The notes beneath the pieces were generated by a model. The model made no database searches, had not been told where the DNA came from, and saw only the letters and a program-made list of their open reading frames with translations. Position numbers and translations under genes: made by a program. This document shows positions 9,963-19,520 of a stretch of DNA of 64,000 nt, in pieces. Positions within the stretch are counted from its first letter, which is position 1. Every line of letters starts with the position of its first letter. The DNA comes from Longimicrobiales bacterium (GTDB taxonomy: Bacteria; Gemmatimonadota; Gemmatimonadetes; Longimicrobiales; Gaopeijiaceae): assembly GCA_965249725.1 (NCBI GenBank), contig CBDFMQ010000002.1, forward strand, positions 224,001-288,000. The letters are read 5' to 3'.

Positions 9963-10435
9963 CGACGCGTACCTTGATCACCGTGGCGGTCTCGGCCGTG
10001 CTGGCCTGCGGTCCGCCCAGCCCTGATGCCGGGAGCGCCGGGGCCGGAACCGAGGGGTCCGCACAGAACTCCGTGTTGGCCGAGCTCGTGGTCCAGGCCG
10101 TCGAGTCCGCGATCCGCCAGTTCTATGTCGACGTCAACGCGTTCGATCATGAAGCTATCAGGGCGACGACCACGGCGGATTTCGAGTTCCTCGATGGTGG
10201 GCGACGCATGGACGGTGACGCGTTCGAGGCATTTCTGCGCGGGATCGAGAGTGGTGGCTCGACCCTCGACTTCGAGGTCTCCGAACTCAATACGGAGGTG
10301 GCGGGCGACGTGGCCTACGCGAGCTACCTGGCGTCGACGCCACGATCAGTGCTACTCGAAGCCAGTGTGTTGCGCAGGGCAGGGGAGCGCTGGCTCATCG
10401 ATCGTACCGTCTCGGCGGGCACTGTGCCTCAGTGA
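9959..10435 (+). CDS. NTF2/SnoaL-like lipoprotein
   Basis: ATGA overlap with the upstream gene, lipobox VLAC, and GDVAYASY / LRRAGERWLI NTF2-type strands. Confidence 0.65.
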   Translation: MTTRTLITVAVSAVLACGPPSPDAGSAGAGTEGSAQNSVLAELVVQAVESAIRQFYVDVNAFDHEAIRATTTADFEFLDGGRRMDGDAFEAFLRGIESGGSTLDFEVSELNTEVAGDVAYASYLASTPRSVLLEASVLRRAGERWLIDRTVSAGTVPQ

Positions 10436-10613
10436 CACCCGTGTTCCGGCCGCGGCACGAGCTCCTCCCGATTCTGCCGACGATCGGCTTTCGCTGGGCG
10501 TTCTGAGGGACCTGACGGGCATTCTCCCTTTGCGGGCAGACGTCCTCGTCGCTTGACGGCGGCGGACTCAGGGACAGAAGTTGAGGGGTGCGACCTCGGA
10601 TGGAGGATGCCCA

Positions 10614-11489
10614 ATGAGTCAGAAGCATCGTGCAACTCGGATTTCGCCGGGCCCGGTAACGGTTGGCCTGGTTCTCGGGGTCCTACTTGCTTGGGCACCG
10701 CTCCGTGCCCAAGACCGTCCGGGACCTCTGCTCATCGGCTCCGGGGTCGCGTATCCGCCCTTCTCGAACGAGAACCCGACCGGCGGATACGAGGGCTTCT
10801 CATTCGACCTGGCATCTGAGGTCGCCGAGCGAATGGGACGGCCCGGCACGAAGCTGGTCATCCAAGACTTCGCGGTCATTTTCGATGGGCTCCTCACCCG
10901 TGACTTCGAGATGATCGTGACCCCGACCAACATTACTCCCGATCGGGCGCGCCGGGTGCTCTTCTCGGAAGGCTACATGGACACGGGGTTGGGCTTTCTC
11001 GTCTTCCGAGGTACCGAGGTTCGGGACGTCGCAGACCTGCGCGGCAAGACCCTGGCGGTACAGGTCAGCACCGTTTCGGACTCCTGGGCGAGCATCAACG
11101 AGGCCTGGCTCGGCTTCTCCATCCAGCGTTACGCTGAGAGCGGAGACGCGGTGAGCGCCGTCATCAACCGGGAGGCGTTCGCGAGCCTCTTGGATCTGTC
11201 CGCCGCGACCCACATGGCCCAACTGCTGGGGATCGTGGTGGTCGGCTACACCCTCCCGATCTCCGGCAAGTTCGGACTCGCCTTTCATCCGGACGACATC
11301 GAACTCCGTAAAGCCGCCGAGAATGCGCTCGAGTGCATGAAGCTGGACGGAACGCTGGCGGACCTGCACGAGAAGTGGTTCGGGTTCCGCGCCGGCGAGG
11401 ATACGGCCACCAACACGGTATACAATGGGTATGGCCACCCGGGGGTCGAGGGGTACGATGCCGAGTCGCACGTACCGCCCTGTTCGTGA
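10614..11489 (+). CDS. Polar amino-acid ABC substrate-binding protein (family 3), paralog A
   Basis: Signal peptide; YPPF, ITPDRA..V.FSEGY, DLRGK and DGTLADLHEKWFG. Confidence 0.88.
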   Translation: MSQKHRATRISPGPVTVGLVLGVLLAWAPLRAQDRPGPLLIGSGVAYPPFSNENPTGGYEGFSFDLASEVAERMGRPGTKLVIQDFAVIFDGLLTRDFEMIVTPTNITPDRARRVLFSEGYMDTGLGFLVFRGTEVRDVADLRGKTLAVQVSTVSDSWASINEAWLGFSIQRYAESGDAVSAVINREAFASLLDLSAATHMAQLLGIVVVGYTLPISGKFGLAFHPDDIELRKAAENALECMKLDGTLADLHEKWFGFRAGEDTATNTVYNGYGHPGVEGYDAESHVPPCS

Positions 11490-11545
11490 GGCGGGGTGAG
11501 ATGTTGGGAACCCTCCAGGGACGACCTCAGACGGAGACTCCACTC

Positions 11546-12418
11546 ATGAGCATCAGGAATCGTGTAGGTCTGCACTGGTACGGTGTGGTGGCGGGCCTGC
11601 TCGTGGGGGCGCTGCTGCCGGGGGCTCCCCTCGGCGGGCAAGACCGCTCGGGGCCCTTGCTCATCGGGACGGGCACCGGGTACGCACCTTTCGTGATCGA
11701 GCTGCCTACGGGTGAATACGAGGGTCTCTCTTTCGATATGGCATCGGAGATCGCTGAACGAATCGGACGGCCGGGCGTCCGGCGGGTCTCACACAACCGC
11801 GTCGACATCTTCGACGCGCTGCTCGCCAGAGACTTCGAGATGACGGTCTCACCCACGAACATCACGCCCGACCGTGCTCGCCGCGTACTCTTCTCCGAAG
11901 GGTACATGGACACCGGACTGGGCTTTCTCGTCTTCCAGGGCACCGAGATTCGGGACATCACGGATCTACGCGGCAAGACGTTGGCGGTGGGGGCCGGAAG
12001 CGTATCCGACACCTGGGCCACCCTCAACGAGGCGTGGCTCGGATTCTCCGTTCAGCGGTACGATGAGACCGGCGAGGCGGTGAGTGCCGTGATCAACCGG
12101 GGGGTGTTTGCGAGCCTGTCCGATCTCCCCAGGGCCACGCATGCGGCCAAAGAGTTGGGGCTCATCAGCGTCGCGTTTAGCCTTCCGATCGCCGGCGCCT
12201 TCGGGCTCGCCTTCCATCCTGACGACGTCGGCCTCCGCAAGGAAGTCGAGAATGCGCTCGAGTGCATGAAGCTGGACGGGACGCTTGCCGACCTCCACGA
12301 GAAGTGGTTTGGGTTTCGTGCGGGAGAAGACAGCGCCATCCACACGGTCAAGGCGGGCTACGGTGACCCGGGGGTCAACGGGTACGATCCTCAGTCGCAC
12401 GTGCCGCGCTGCCCCTGA
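11546..12418 (+). CDS. Polar amino-acid ABC substrate-binding protein (family 3), paralog B
   Basis: Tandem duplicate of 10614..11489 with long identical peptide blocks. Confidence 0.88.
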   Translation: MSIRNRVGLHWYGVVAGLLVGALLPGAPLGGQDRSGPLLIGTGTGYAPFVIELPTGEYEGLSFDMASEIAERIGRPGVRRVSHNRVDIFDALLARDFEMTVSPTNITPDRARRVLFSEGYMDTGLGFLVFQGTEIRDITDLRGKTLAVGAGSVSDTWATLNEAWLGFSVQRYDETGEAVSAVINRGVFASLSDLPRATHAAKELGLISVAFSLPIAGAFGLAFHPDDVGLRKEVENALECMKLDGTLADLHEKWFGFRAGEDSAIHTVKAGYGDPGVNGYDPQSHVPRCP

Positions 12419-12432
12419 GGGAAATTGAGCCG

Positions 12433-13611
12433 CTAGCCCAGGTCTCCCGCAATAGCTGATATGAACAGCTCTCGCAGTTCTGTCTCTCCGAGCGGGAGCG
12501 GATTCCCGCCGACGGACGGGTCCAGGACCGCCATCGGAGCGAGCACATCGACGTGGTGCTCTTCCACGCCGAGCTCCGCGAGAGTATGGGGAATGCCGAT
12601 CTCCTCTCGTAGCTCCAAGACCCAGCCCAGCACGGCCTCGAAGGAGGGATCGGGCAGATCCAGGTAGCTCGCCAACCGCACCATCCTCTCTTCGATGGCG
12701 GGGCGATTGAAGGCCAGCACGTACGGCATGACCACCCCGTTCGTGAGGCCGTGGTGCGTATCGAGCACGGCCCCGATCGGGTGACTCAGCGCATGGATCG
12801 CTCCAAGGCCTTTCTGGAACGCCGCCGCTCCCATGCTGGAGGCGGCGAGCATATGGGCCCGGGCAGTGAGGTCGGACCCGTCTCGGACGGCTAGCGGAAG
12901 CCAACGGTGGATGAGCCTGAGACCCTCCACGGCGAGGCCGTCGGCCATCGGGTGGTAACCTGCGGCACACAGCGCTTCGAGGTTGTGTGCCAACGCGTCC
13001 ATTCCCGTCGCGGCGGTAAGGTGTCGGGGCAGGGTCAGGGTCAGTTCCGGGTCGGAGATCACACATCCCGGCAGCATGTTGGCGTGGAAGATGATCTTCT
13101 TGGTCCGAGTCCTGATGTCGGTGATCACCGAGGCTCGGCCGACCTCCGATCCCGTCCCGGCGGTGGTGGGCACGGCGACGACGGGAGCCATGCCCTCCAC
13201 GTCCACTCGTTCGTACCAGTCCTCCCGATCCTCGAAATCCCAGATGGGCCGGTTCTGTCCCACCATCAGTGCGATCGCCTTGCCGGCGTCCAGCGCGCTT
13301 CCACCACCGAAGGCGATCACTCCATTGCATCCGGTTTCCCGATAGGCGGTGACGCCATCCTCGACGTTCCGGCCGATGGGGTTGTGCCTCACCTCGGAGA
13401 ACACGGGCGTGGGCAAGCCGGCGCGTCCATTCGCGGCGACGGCCTCGTCGACCATCTCCAGATCACGCAGCCCTGGGTCCGTCACCAAGAGGGGGTGCGT
13501 GATGCCGAGCTCTTGGCACGCCTCGGCGAGCTCGGAGATACGGCCGGGTCCGAAGCGGACCTCCGTGGGATAGTGCCAGTTGCCCGTGAGTGTCAGAGGA
13601 TCGACGTGCAT
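12433..13611 (-). CDS. Iron-containing alcohol dehydrogenase
   Basis: GGGSALD, PTTAGTGSE, GMDALAH, HALSH and HHG metal ligands. Confidence 0.93.
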   Translation of the reverse strand: MHVDPLTLTGNWHYPTEVRFGPGRISELAEACQELGITHPLLVTDPGLRDLEMVDEAVAANGRAGLPTPVFSEVRHNPIGRNVEDGVTAYRETGCNGVIAFGGGSALDAGKAIALMVGQNRPIWDFEDREDWYERVDVEGMAPVVAVPTTAGTGSEVGRASVITDIRTRTKKIIFHANMLPGCVISDPELTLTLPRHLTAATGMDALAHNLEALCAAGYHPMADGLAVEGLRLIHRWLPLAVRDGSDLTARAHMLAASSMGAAAFQKGLGAIHALSHPIGAVLDTHHGLTNGVVMPYVLAFNRPAIEERMVRLASYLDLPDPSFEAVLGWVLELREEIGIPHTLAELGVEEHHVDVLAPMAVLDPSVGGNPLPLGETELRELFISAIAGDLG

Positions 13612-15000
13612 CTATGAGTCCCGGGTTGTCGTTCTCAGATGGAAGGACTTCGGGCGGGTGAGTTGTTCATAGCCGAGCGCGGACAGTGTGCAGCCACGCC
13701 CCGAGTCCTTGACGCCGACCCAGGCCAGAGCAGGGTCCAGGTAGTCGCACCGGTTCATGAACCAGGTGCCGGTGTCGATACGGTCTCCGATCCGGATCGC
13801 CTCATCCTCATCGGCCGTGCAGACACAGGCGGTCAGCCCGTATCGACTGTCGTTCATCAGCTCGATGGCCTCATCGTCCGAGCCGACCTTCATGATTCCG
13901 ATGGCCGGGCCGAACGTCTCCTCGTTCATGAGCTCCATGGAGTGGTCGACCTCCACAAGGACCTCCGGGGCGAGGTACGGCGTGCCGTCCCGTGCGACGG
14001 GGAAGCGCGCGCCGTCGATCAGGGTCCGAGCGCCCCTAGCCTTGGCGCCGGCTATCTGGGCTCGCACCGTATCGGCCGCGCTGGTCCGTACCATCGGACC
14101 CAGGGTGGTCTCGGCATCGAGCGGGTTCCCTAGTCGGAGCCGGTAGGTCTCCTCCACGAACCCCGCGATGAAGTCGTCGTAGACGTGTTGGTGCACGTAG
14201 ATGCGCTCGATACCGCAGCACGACTGACCGGCATTGAAGAAGGCCCCGTCTGCCAAGAGGGCGACGGCGTGCTCGAGGTCGGCGTCGGAGCGCACATAGG
14301 CCGGGTCCTTGCCACCCAATTCCAGGCCCGTGCCGATGAAGCGCTCCCGGGCCGCCCGCTGTACCGCCCGTCCCCCGGGTACGGACCCGGTGAAGGACAC
14401 GAAGTCGACTCGAGCGTCGCCCACCACCCCGGCGACGTCGTCATGGCTCAGGTGCAGGTACTGGAACACGCCGTCGGGTAGATCGGCCGATCCAAACGCT
14501 TCGGCGAACCGCTCCGAGCAGATCGGCGTCTGTGCCGAGTGTTTGAGCACTACGGTATTCCCGGCCATGAGCGCGGGCATGATGGCGTTCACCGCCGTGA
14601 GGTATGGGTAGTTCCACGGGGCGACCACGAAGACGAGCCCCAACGGCTCACGCCGTATGAACCGCCGAAATCCCTCCTTGGGACCCGCGTCCACATCCCC
14701 GAGAGCGTCGTAGGCCGCGGAGATCATATAACGCGATCTCTCTTCGAAACCCCCGACTTCTCCCGGGGATTGGGATAAGGGGCGTCCCATTTGCCACGTG
14801 ATCTCCGGGGCGATGTCGTCCTTGGCCCCTACGAATGCATCGACGGCCTGGCCGAGGATCCGGGCCCGCTCCTCCAGCGAGGTCGCCTTCCAGTCGGCTT
14901 GAGCAGCCTCCGCCCTCGCGAGGGCCTGTTCGATCTCGGTGGCTGAGGCTAGGTCCCGCTCGACGTAGACGCTGCCGTCGACCGGGGAGATGATCTTCAT
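13612..15000 (-). CDS. Aldehyde dehydrogenase
   Basis: PWNYP, FTGS, LELGGKD, NAGQSCC and EETFGP motifs. Confidence 0.95.
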   Translation of the reverse strand: MKIISPVDGSVYVERDLASATEIEQALARAEAAQADWKATSLEERARILGQAVDAFVGAKDDIAPEITWQMGRPLSQSPGEVGGFEERSRYMISAAYDALGDVDAGPKEGFRRFIRREPLGLVFVVAPWNYPYLTAVNAIMPALMAGNTVVLKHSAQTPICSERFAEAFGSADLPDGVFQYLHLSHDDVAGVVGDARVDFVSFTGSVPGGRAVQRAARERFIGTGLELGGKDPAYVRSDADLEHAVALLADGAFFNAGQSCCGIERIYVHQHVYDDFIAGFVEETYRLRLGNPLDAETTLGPMVRTSAADTVRAQIAGAKARGARTLIDGARFPVARDGTPYLAPEVLVEVDHSMELMNEETFGPAIGIMKVGSDDEAIELMNDSRYGLTACVCTADEDEAIRIGDRIDTGTWFMNRCDYLDPALAWVGVKDSGRGCTLSALGYEQLTRPKSFHLRTTTRDS

Positions 15001-15019
15001 ACCTGCTCCATGGTCGTCT

Positions 15020-16384
15020 TCATGCCTGCTCGAAGTTCCTTCTCACTTCCCAGTCTGTGACCTTGCGATCGTACTCGGACTGCTCCCAACGGCCGGCGTG
15101 CAGGTAGTGATCGATGACCTCGTCGCCAAAGGCAGCGCGCAACACCGTCGAGCCGTCCAGGGCATCGAGTGCCTCACGCAGCGTCTTGGGTACTTCGCGG
15201 ATGCCTTCCGCTGCGTACGCGTCTCCAGTGAAGACGGCCTCGAGCTCCAGTTCCTGCTCGATGCCGTGGAGGCCGGCCGCGAGCGTGGCGGCGAAGGCGA
15301 GGTAGGGGTTCGCGTCGGCCCCGGGGATGCGGCACTCCACCCGGGTCGACGGACCGGGCCCCAAGACGCGAAAGCCCACGGTGCGGTTGTCCTTGCCCCA
15401 GACGGCGTTCGTCGGAGCGAAGGACCCGGACTGGAAGCGCTTGTACGAGTTGATGTACGGGGCGAAGAAGTAGGTCATCTCGCGGGCCAACTCGAGCTGG
15501 CCTGCCAGGTAGTGCCTGAAGAGCTTGGACATGCCTGCTTCGTCCGCCGCGTCGTCGAAGACCGCTGCACCCGATTCGGCGTCCCACAGCGACGAGTGTA
15601 CGTGGCAGCTGTTGCCCGCCAGGTCGTGGTTCCACTTGGCCATGAAGGTGATGGCGCGCTCGTGCAGGTGGGCGATCTCCTTCGCACCGTTCTTATAGAC
15701 GGCATGGCGATCGGCGGATTCGAGCGCGTCACCGTACCGAAAGTTGATCTCCTGTTGTCCCGGCCCCCACTCACCCTTGGAGAACTCCACGGGAATTCCG
15801 GCCCCATCCATGCCCAAGCGGATCGCTCGGATCAGGGGCTCGTTCTTCGTGGTCTGCAGGATGTGGTAGTCCTCGATGTAGCGGCCTGAGGTCTTGAGAC
15901 GCCCGTAGTCCTTCTCGGCTGCGGACTCGTAGGTCTCGTCGAACAGGTAGAACTCCAGTTCCGAGGCCATCTTGGCCACGAATCCGGCATCCTGGGCCCG
16001 TTGCACCTGCTTCTTCAGGATCTGCCTCGGGGAATGGGGCAGGGGATCCCCGTGGTGATCCACGCAATCCCCCAACACCAACGCGGTCCCGGGAAGCCAG
16101 GGGATGCGGCGCAGGGTGTCCAGATCGGGGCGCACGCCGAAGTCGCCGTATCCCAACCCCCACGACGCGGCCTCGTACCCGGGAACGGGTGTCATCTCCA
16201 TGTCTACCGTGAGTAGGTAGTCACAGACGTGCATCCCCTGGGCCACTTGGTCCATGAAGAAGTGGCCGGTGACCCGCTTCCCGACCAAACGACCCTGCAT
16301 GTCCGGAAAGCAGACTAGGATCGTGTCGATTTCGTTCGACTCCACGAGTTCACGGAGCCACTCTCTATCGAGGTTGCCACTCAT
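15020..16384 (-). CDS. Glutamine-synthetase-like gamma-glutamyl-amine ligase (PuuA/GlnA4-type)
   Basis: DMQGRLVGKR, ELEFYLF, EWGPGQQEIN, GNSCHVHSS, NSYKR, DNRT and ECRIPGADANPY. Start at ATG 16384 with RBS. Confidence 0.9.
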   Translation of the reverse strand: MSGNLDREWLRELVESNEIDTILVCFPDMQGRLVGKRVTGHFFMDQVAQGMHVCDYLLTVDMEMTPVPGYEAASWGLGYGDFGVRPDLDTLRRIPWLPGTALVLGDCVDHHGDPLPHSPRQILKKQVQRAQDAGFVAKMASELEFYLFDETYESAAEKDYGRLKTSGRYIEDYHILQTTKNEPLIRAIRLGMDGAGIPVEFSKGEWGPGQQEINFRYGDALESADRHAVYKNGAKEIAHLHERAITFMAKWNHDLAGNSCHVHSSLWDAESGAAVFDDAADEAGMSKLFRHYLAGQLELAREMTYFFAPYINSYKRFQSGSFAPTNAVWGKDNRTVGFRVLGPGPSTRVECRIPGADANPYLAFAATLAAGLHGIEQELELEAVFTGDAYAAEGIREVPKTLREALDALDGSTVLRAAFGDEVIDHYLHAGRWEQSEYDRKVTDWEVRRNFEQA

Positions 16385-16397
16385 GTTCGTCCACCCT

Positions 16398-17888
16398 CTA
16401 TGTGCGTTCACTTTCGCCTGCGGTTGATGCCACGTCGCCTCGGGCGCGCTCCCTCACGGCGAATTCTTCCTCGGGGGAATAGACCAGCGTCTTCCGGCCG
16501 TAGAGGCCGAAATAGGCGACCCCCACCAGGAACCAGATAGCGCATCCGTACACACCCATGCGGTAGTCGGCGTTGATGAACAGGAAGATCAGCGTGATCC
16601 CCGCGATGACCGCCGCCACGATGGCGCCGGCGTTCCCAGATCGGCTCACGTAGGGTCGTTCGATGTGGGGCAGCCTGCGGCGCAGGAGCACGAAGGCCAA
16701 CATCTGCATGATGTAGGCGATCACGGCGCCGAACACCGCCATGTTCAGCAACACTGCTCCGACGGGGCTGCCCTGCGGCACGAAATGGATGACCAGGGCG
16801 ACGATATAGCCGATGATCGCCCCCACGACGAGCGCGATGTGAGGTGTGTGGGAGCGGCGGGTCGTAACGGAGAGCCAGTGCGGAAAATACCCGGCCCGGG
16901 ACAGCGAATAGATGTTGCGTCCGTAGGCGTAGATGATCGTGTGGAAGCTCGCGATCAAGCCGGCGACGGCGAGTAGAGCCAGGACCTTGGTCCCGATGCC
17001 GTCCCCGAAGATGGTCCTGAAGCCGAGCAGTAGGGGTTCGTCGGACAGCCCTACTTCAGCCGCCCCAGGGGCGATCCCGGCGTTCAAGAACAGCGTGAGG
17101 AACGCGCAGACGATCAGGGTGAGGAGTCCGAGCAGAATGCCGCGGGGCATGTCCCGCTTGGGGTCGTGGGACTCTTCGGCTGCAAGCGGCAGCTCTTCGA
17201 TGGCCAAGTAGAACCAGATGGCGAACGGCAGCGCCGCCGCTACGCCGCCCCATCCCCTCGGCAGCCATCGGGTGGCCCCGGCCACCGGTTCGATGTCGAG
17301 GGCGTTGTCCCAGGAGAAGTGTGGGACGGCACCGATGTAGAAGATCAGCAGGATGCTCAGCGCCACCACCGTGATAAAGACCGTGAAGCGGAAGCTGGCC
17401 TCGACCCCCCAAACGTTCAGGCCGACGAACAGCGTGTAGGCGAGTGCCCACCATACCGGAGCGAAGGCGTCGGGCGTGCCGAAGATCGCGCCCAGATAAC
17501 CTCCGATGCCCACCACGATCACGGCGGGCGTCAGCACGTACTCCATGTTCTCGGCGAGCCCCGTGATGAACCCGCCCCACGGGCCCATGGCGGAACGTCC
17601 GAACGAATAGGCGCCCCCGGTGTGTGGGAGGGCCGGGGACATTTCGGCTATGGCGTCGCACATGCCCACGTACATCACCGTGATGATGACCGTAGCGATG
17701 AAGAGCCCGCCGAACCCCCCGGCGTCGAGACCGAAGTTCCAGCCGAAGAAATCGCCCGAGATCACGGCGCCGACGCCGAGCGCCCACAGCGACCAGACTC
17801 GCGCGTGGCGTTTGAGCCCACGCTTCTCGAAGTACTCGGCGTCCACCTCGTGGTATTGGACGCCGCCGACGGTTTCCTTTTCGGACAA
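16398..17888 (-). CDS. APC amino-acid/ethanolamine permease (Eat-like)
   Basis: LWALGVGAVISGDFFGWNFGL and PFAIWFYLAIE..PLAAEE..DPKRD.PRG. TTG start at 17888 preceded by GGAGG. Confidence 0.85.
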   Translation of the reverse strand: MSEKETVGGVQYHEVDAEYFEKRGLKRHARVWSLWALGVGAVISGDFFGWNFGLDAGGFGGLFIATVIITVMYVGMCDAIAEMSPALPHTGGAYSFGRSAMGPWGGFITGLAENMEYVLTPAVIVVGIGGYLGAIFGTPDAFAPVWWALAYTLFVGLNVWGVEASFRFTVFITVVALSILLIFYIGAVPHFSWDNALDIEPVAGATRWLPRGWGGVAAALPFAIWFYLAIEELPLAAEESHDPKRDMPRGILLGLLTLIVCAFLTLFLNAGIAPGAAEVGLSDEPLLLGFRTIFGDGIGTKVLALLAVAGLIASFHTIIYAYGRNIYSLSRAGYFPHWLSVTTRRSHTPHIALVVGAIIGYIVALVIHFVPQGSPVGAVLLNMAVFGAVIAYIMQMLAFVLLRRRLPHIERPYVSRSGNAGAIVAAVIAGITLIFLFINADYRMGVYGCAIWFLVGVAYFGLYGRKTLVYSPEEEFAVRERARGDVASTAGESERT

Positions 17889-18129
17889 GAAGACGCCTCC
17901 GGGTGTGTTTGGGATTGCATGTACCGGCGGCGGAGGCCGGTCCTGCGCCCGGACGGTCCAGGCGGTCTGAAGACAACGAAACATCCGCCGCCCACAACCG
18001 CAAACTACTCGTTAGGACTTACTCGTTACCGGTGGCCCGCTACTTCATCCCCAGGACCCGCTCCGCGAGCGCGCCCCGGCTTCTTCAACCACGTTAGCAT
18101 GGGATCACCGTAACTACGTCACTACAGCT

Positions 18130-18158
18130 TGTCACATTCGGGTCGGCCCGCTCGTTCT
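18130..18158 (+). promoter_or_regulatory. Candidate ECF-type promoter upstream of the sigma gene
   Basis: TGTCACA-N16-CGTTCT, about 100 bp upstream of the sigma start. Confidence 0.35.
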
Positions 18159-18259
18159 ATCTCCGGGCTCTGGCTGCGCGGCCCTTGCCCTGGATAAGGC
18201 GCTCGGGTCAAATCCAAGCTGAAGGCGTGTGAACCGTACCTCCTGGGATCGCGATCCGA

Positions 18260-18763
18260 GTGGACTTCGAGACGACGTTCGACGAGCTGCACCCCGGACT
18301 GTTCCGGTACTGTCATCGATTGACGGGTGACCCGGATCTGGCCGACGACGTAGCACAGGAGGCCTTTGTCCGGTTGTATGACCATCAGGTGGAGGGAGAC
18401 GAGCGTGGAGTTCGCGCCTGGCTGTTCCGCACCGCGACACATTTGGTGCGCGATCGCTACCGCGTGGACGAGAACCGAAGGCGGCTTCTCGAGGTGAATC
18501 CGGTAGAGCCGGCGGCATTCGAGCAGCCGGATCGGGGCGTTCAGCGGGAGGAAGACGTGGTGAGAGTGAGGGCCGCCCTCGAGGGTCTGAACGAACGCGA
18601 CCGAGCGATGTTGTTGGCCCGATACGAAGGGTTCAGCTACCGCGAGATCGCAGACGCCTTCGACGTGGCGGCGGGATCCGTGGGTACCCTGCTTGCACGG
18701 GCCGAGAAGCGATTCGCTGATGCATATCAGCCTGCCAAGGAGAACGATGACGCATCTGGATGA
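18260..18763 (+). CDS. ECF RNA polymerase sigma factor
   Basis: ADDVAQEAF, AWLFRTA (region 2) and EGFSYREIA..GSVGTLLARA (region 4). Confidence 0.93.
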   Translation: MDFETTFDELHPGLFRYCHRLTGDPDLADDVAQEAFVRLYDHQVEGDERGVRAWLFRTATHLVRDRYRVDENRRRLLEVNPVEPAAFEQPDRGVQREEDVVRVRAALEGLNERDRAMLLARYEGFSYREIADAFDVAAGSVGTLLARAEKRFADAYQPAKENDDASG

Positions 18764-19520
18764 GGGACTACTGCGTGCACTGCTCGACGGGGAGACCGCG
18801 GAGGGTGACACGGAGGCGGCTCGAGCGCATCTGGATCAGTGTGATAGCTGCCAGGCGCTCTCGGTTCAGCTCAGGGAGGCGAGTGCACTCGTTGGCGCTG
18901 CCCTCCGGCATCTCGACACGGTCGAGCCGCCGGCGAGTGCGAAGGCGGCCGTCCTCGCCCGAGTCGGCGCGGATGCCCGGACCGCACCGACCGAACGGTT
19001 CGCATTCGCTCGGGCTGCCATCATCGTGCTCTTCTTCGGGGTGGTGGTCGCGACTGCCTTGCCGGCCTCGCCCGTCCGCGGGTGGCTGGTGGGAGGGTGG
19101 ACTCGCACCGTGGCCCTCTTCACCGGGCCGACACCGAGCGACAATGCGGTCGCTTCGGTGGAGAGAGAGCCGACGCCCCAGGCGGCGGAACCGGCGGGCG
19201 TGCGCCTCGAGGTCGGAACCGGGGACCTGGTGGTCCTCCTCCAGGATATCGAGCCGGACACCGAGTTGGAGGTGCGTTTCGTGGAGGGGTTTCAGGCCGG
19301 AGCGTTCGCCGCTCAGCCCGCGCGTTTTCGTACCGCATCAGGGTTGATCGAGGTCATCGGTGGCTCGGGCCGGGTGCGAATCGACATTCCCCGATCCCTG
19401 GAAGTGGCATCAATCCGCGTCAACGGACGTATGTACCTTACGAAAGCAGGGGATGAACTCGATATCGCGGGGCCCATCCTCACGCGTACGTCCGACGAGA
19501 TTCGTCTGCGGATACAGTAG
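18747..19520 (+). CDS. Zinc-finger (HxxxCxxC) transmembrane anti-sigma factor
   Basis: MTHLDEG.L start, AHLDQCDSC, one TM and a beta-rich C-terminal domain; overlaps the sigma gene end. Confidence 0.85.
   Translation: MTHLDEGLLRALLDGETAEGDTEAARAHLDQCDSCQALSVQLREASALVGAALRHLDTVEPPASAKAAVLARVGADARTAPTERFAFARAAIIVLFFGVVVATALPASPVRGWLVGGWTRTVALFTGPTPSDNAVASVEREPTPQAAEPAGVRLEVGTGDLVVLLQDIEPDTELEVRFVEGFQAGAFAAQPARFRTASGLIEVIGGSGRVRIDIPRSLEVASIRVNGRMYLTKAGDELDIAGPILTRTSDEIRLRIQ

Noticed and set aside
15020..16384. Housekeeping glutamine synthetase glnA
   Set aside because: The DMQGRLVGKR-type N-terminus and catabolic operon context fit gamma-glutamyl-amine ligases better.
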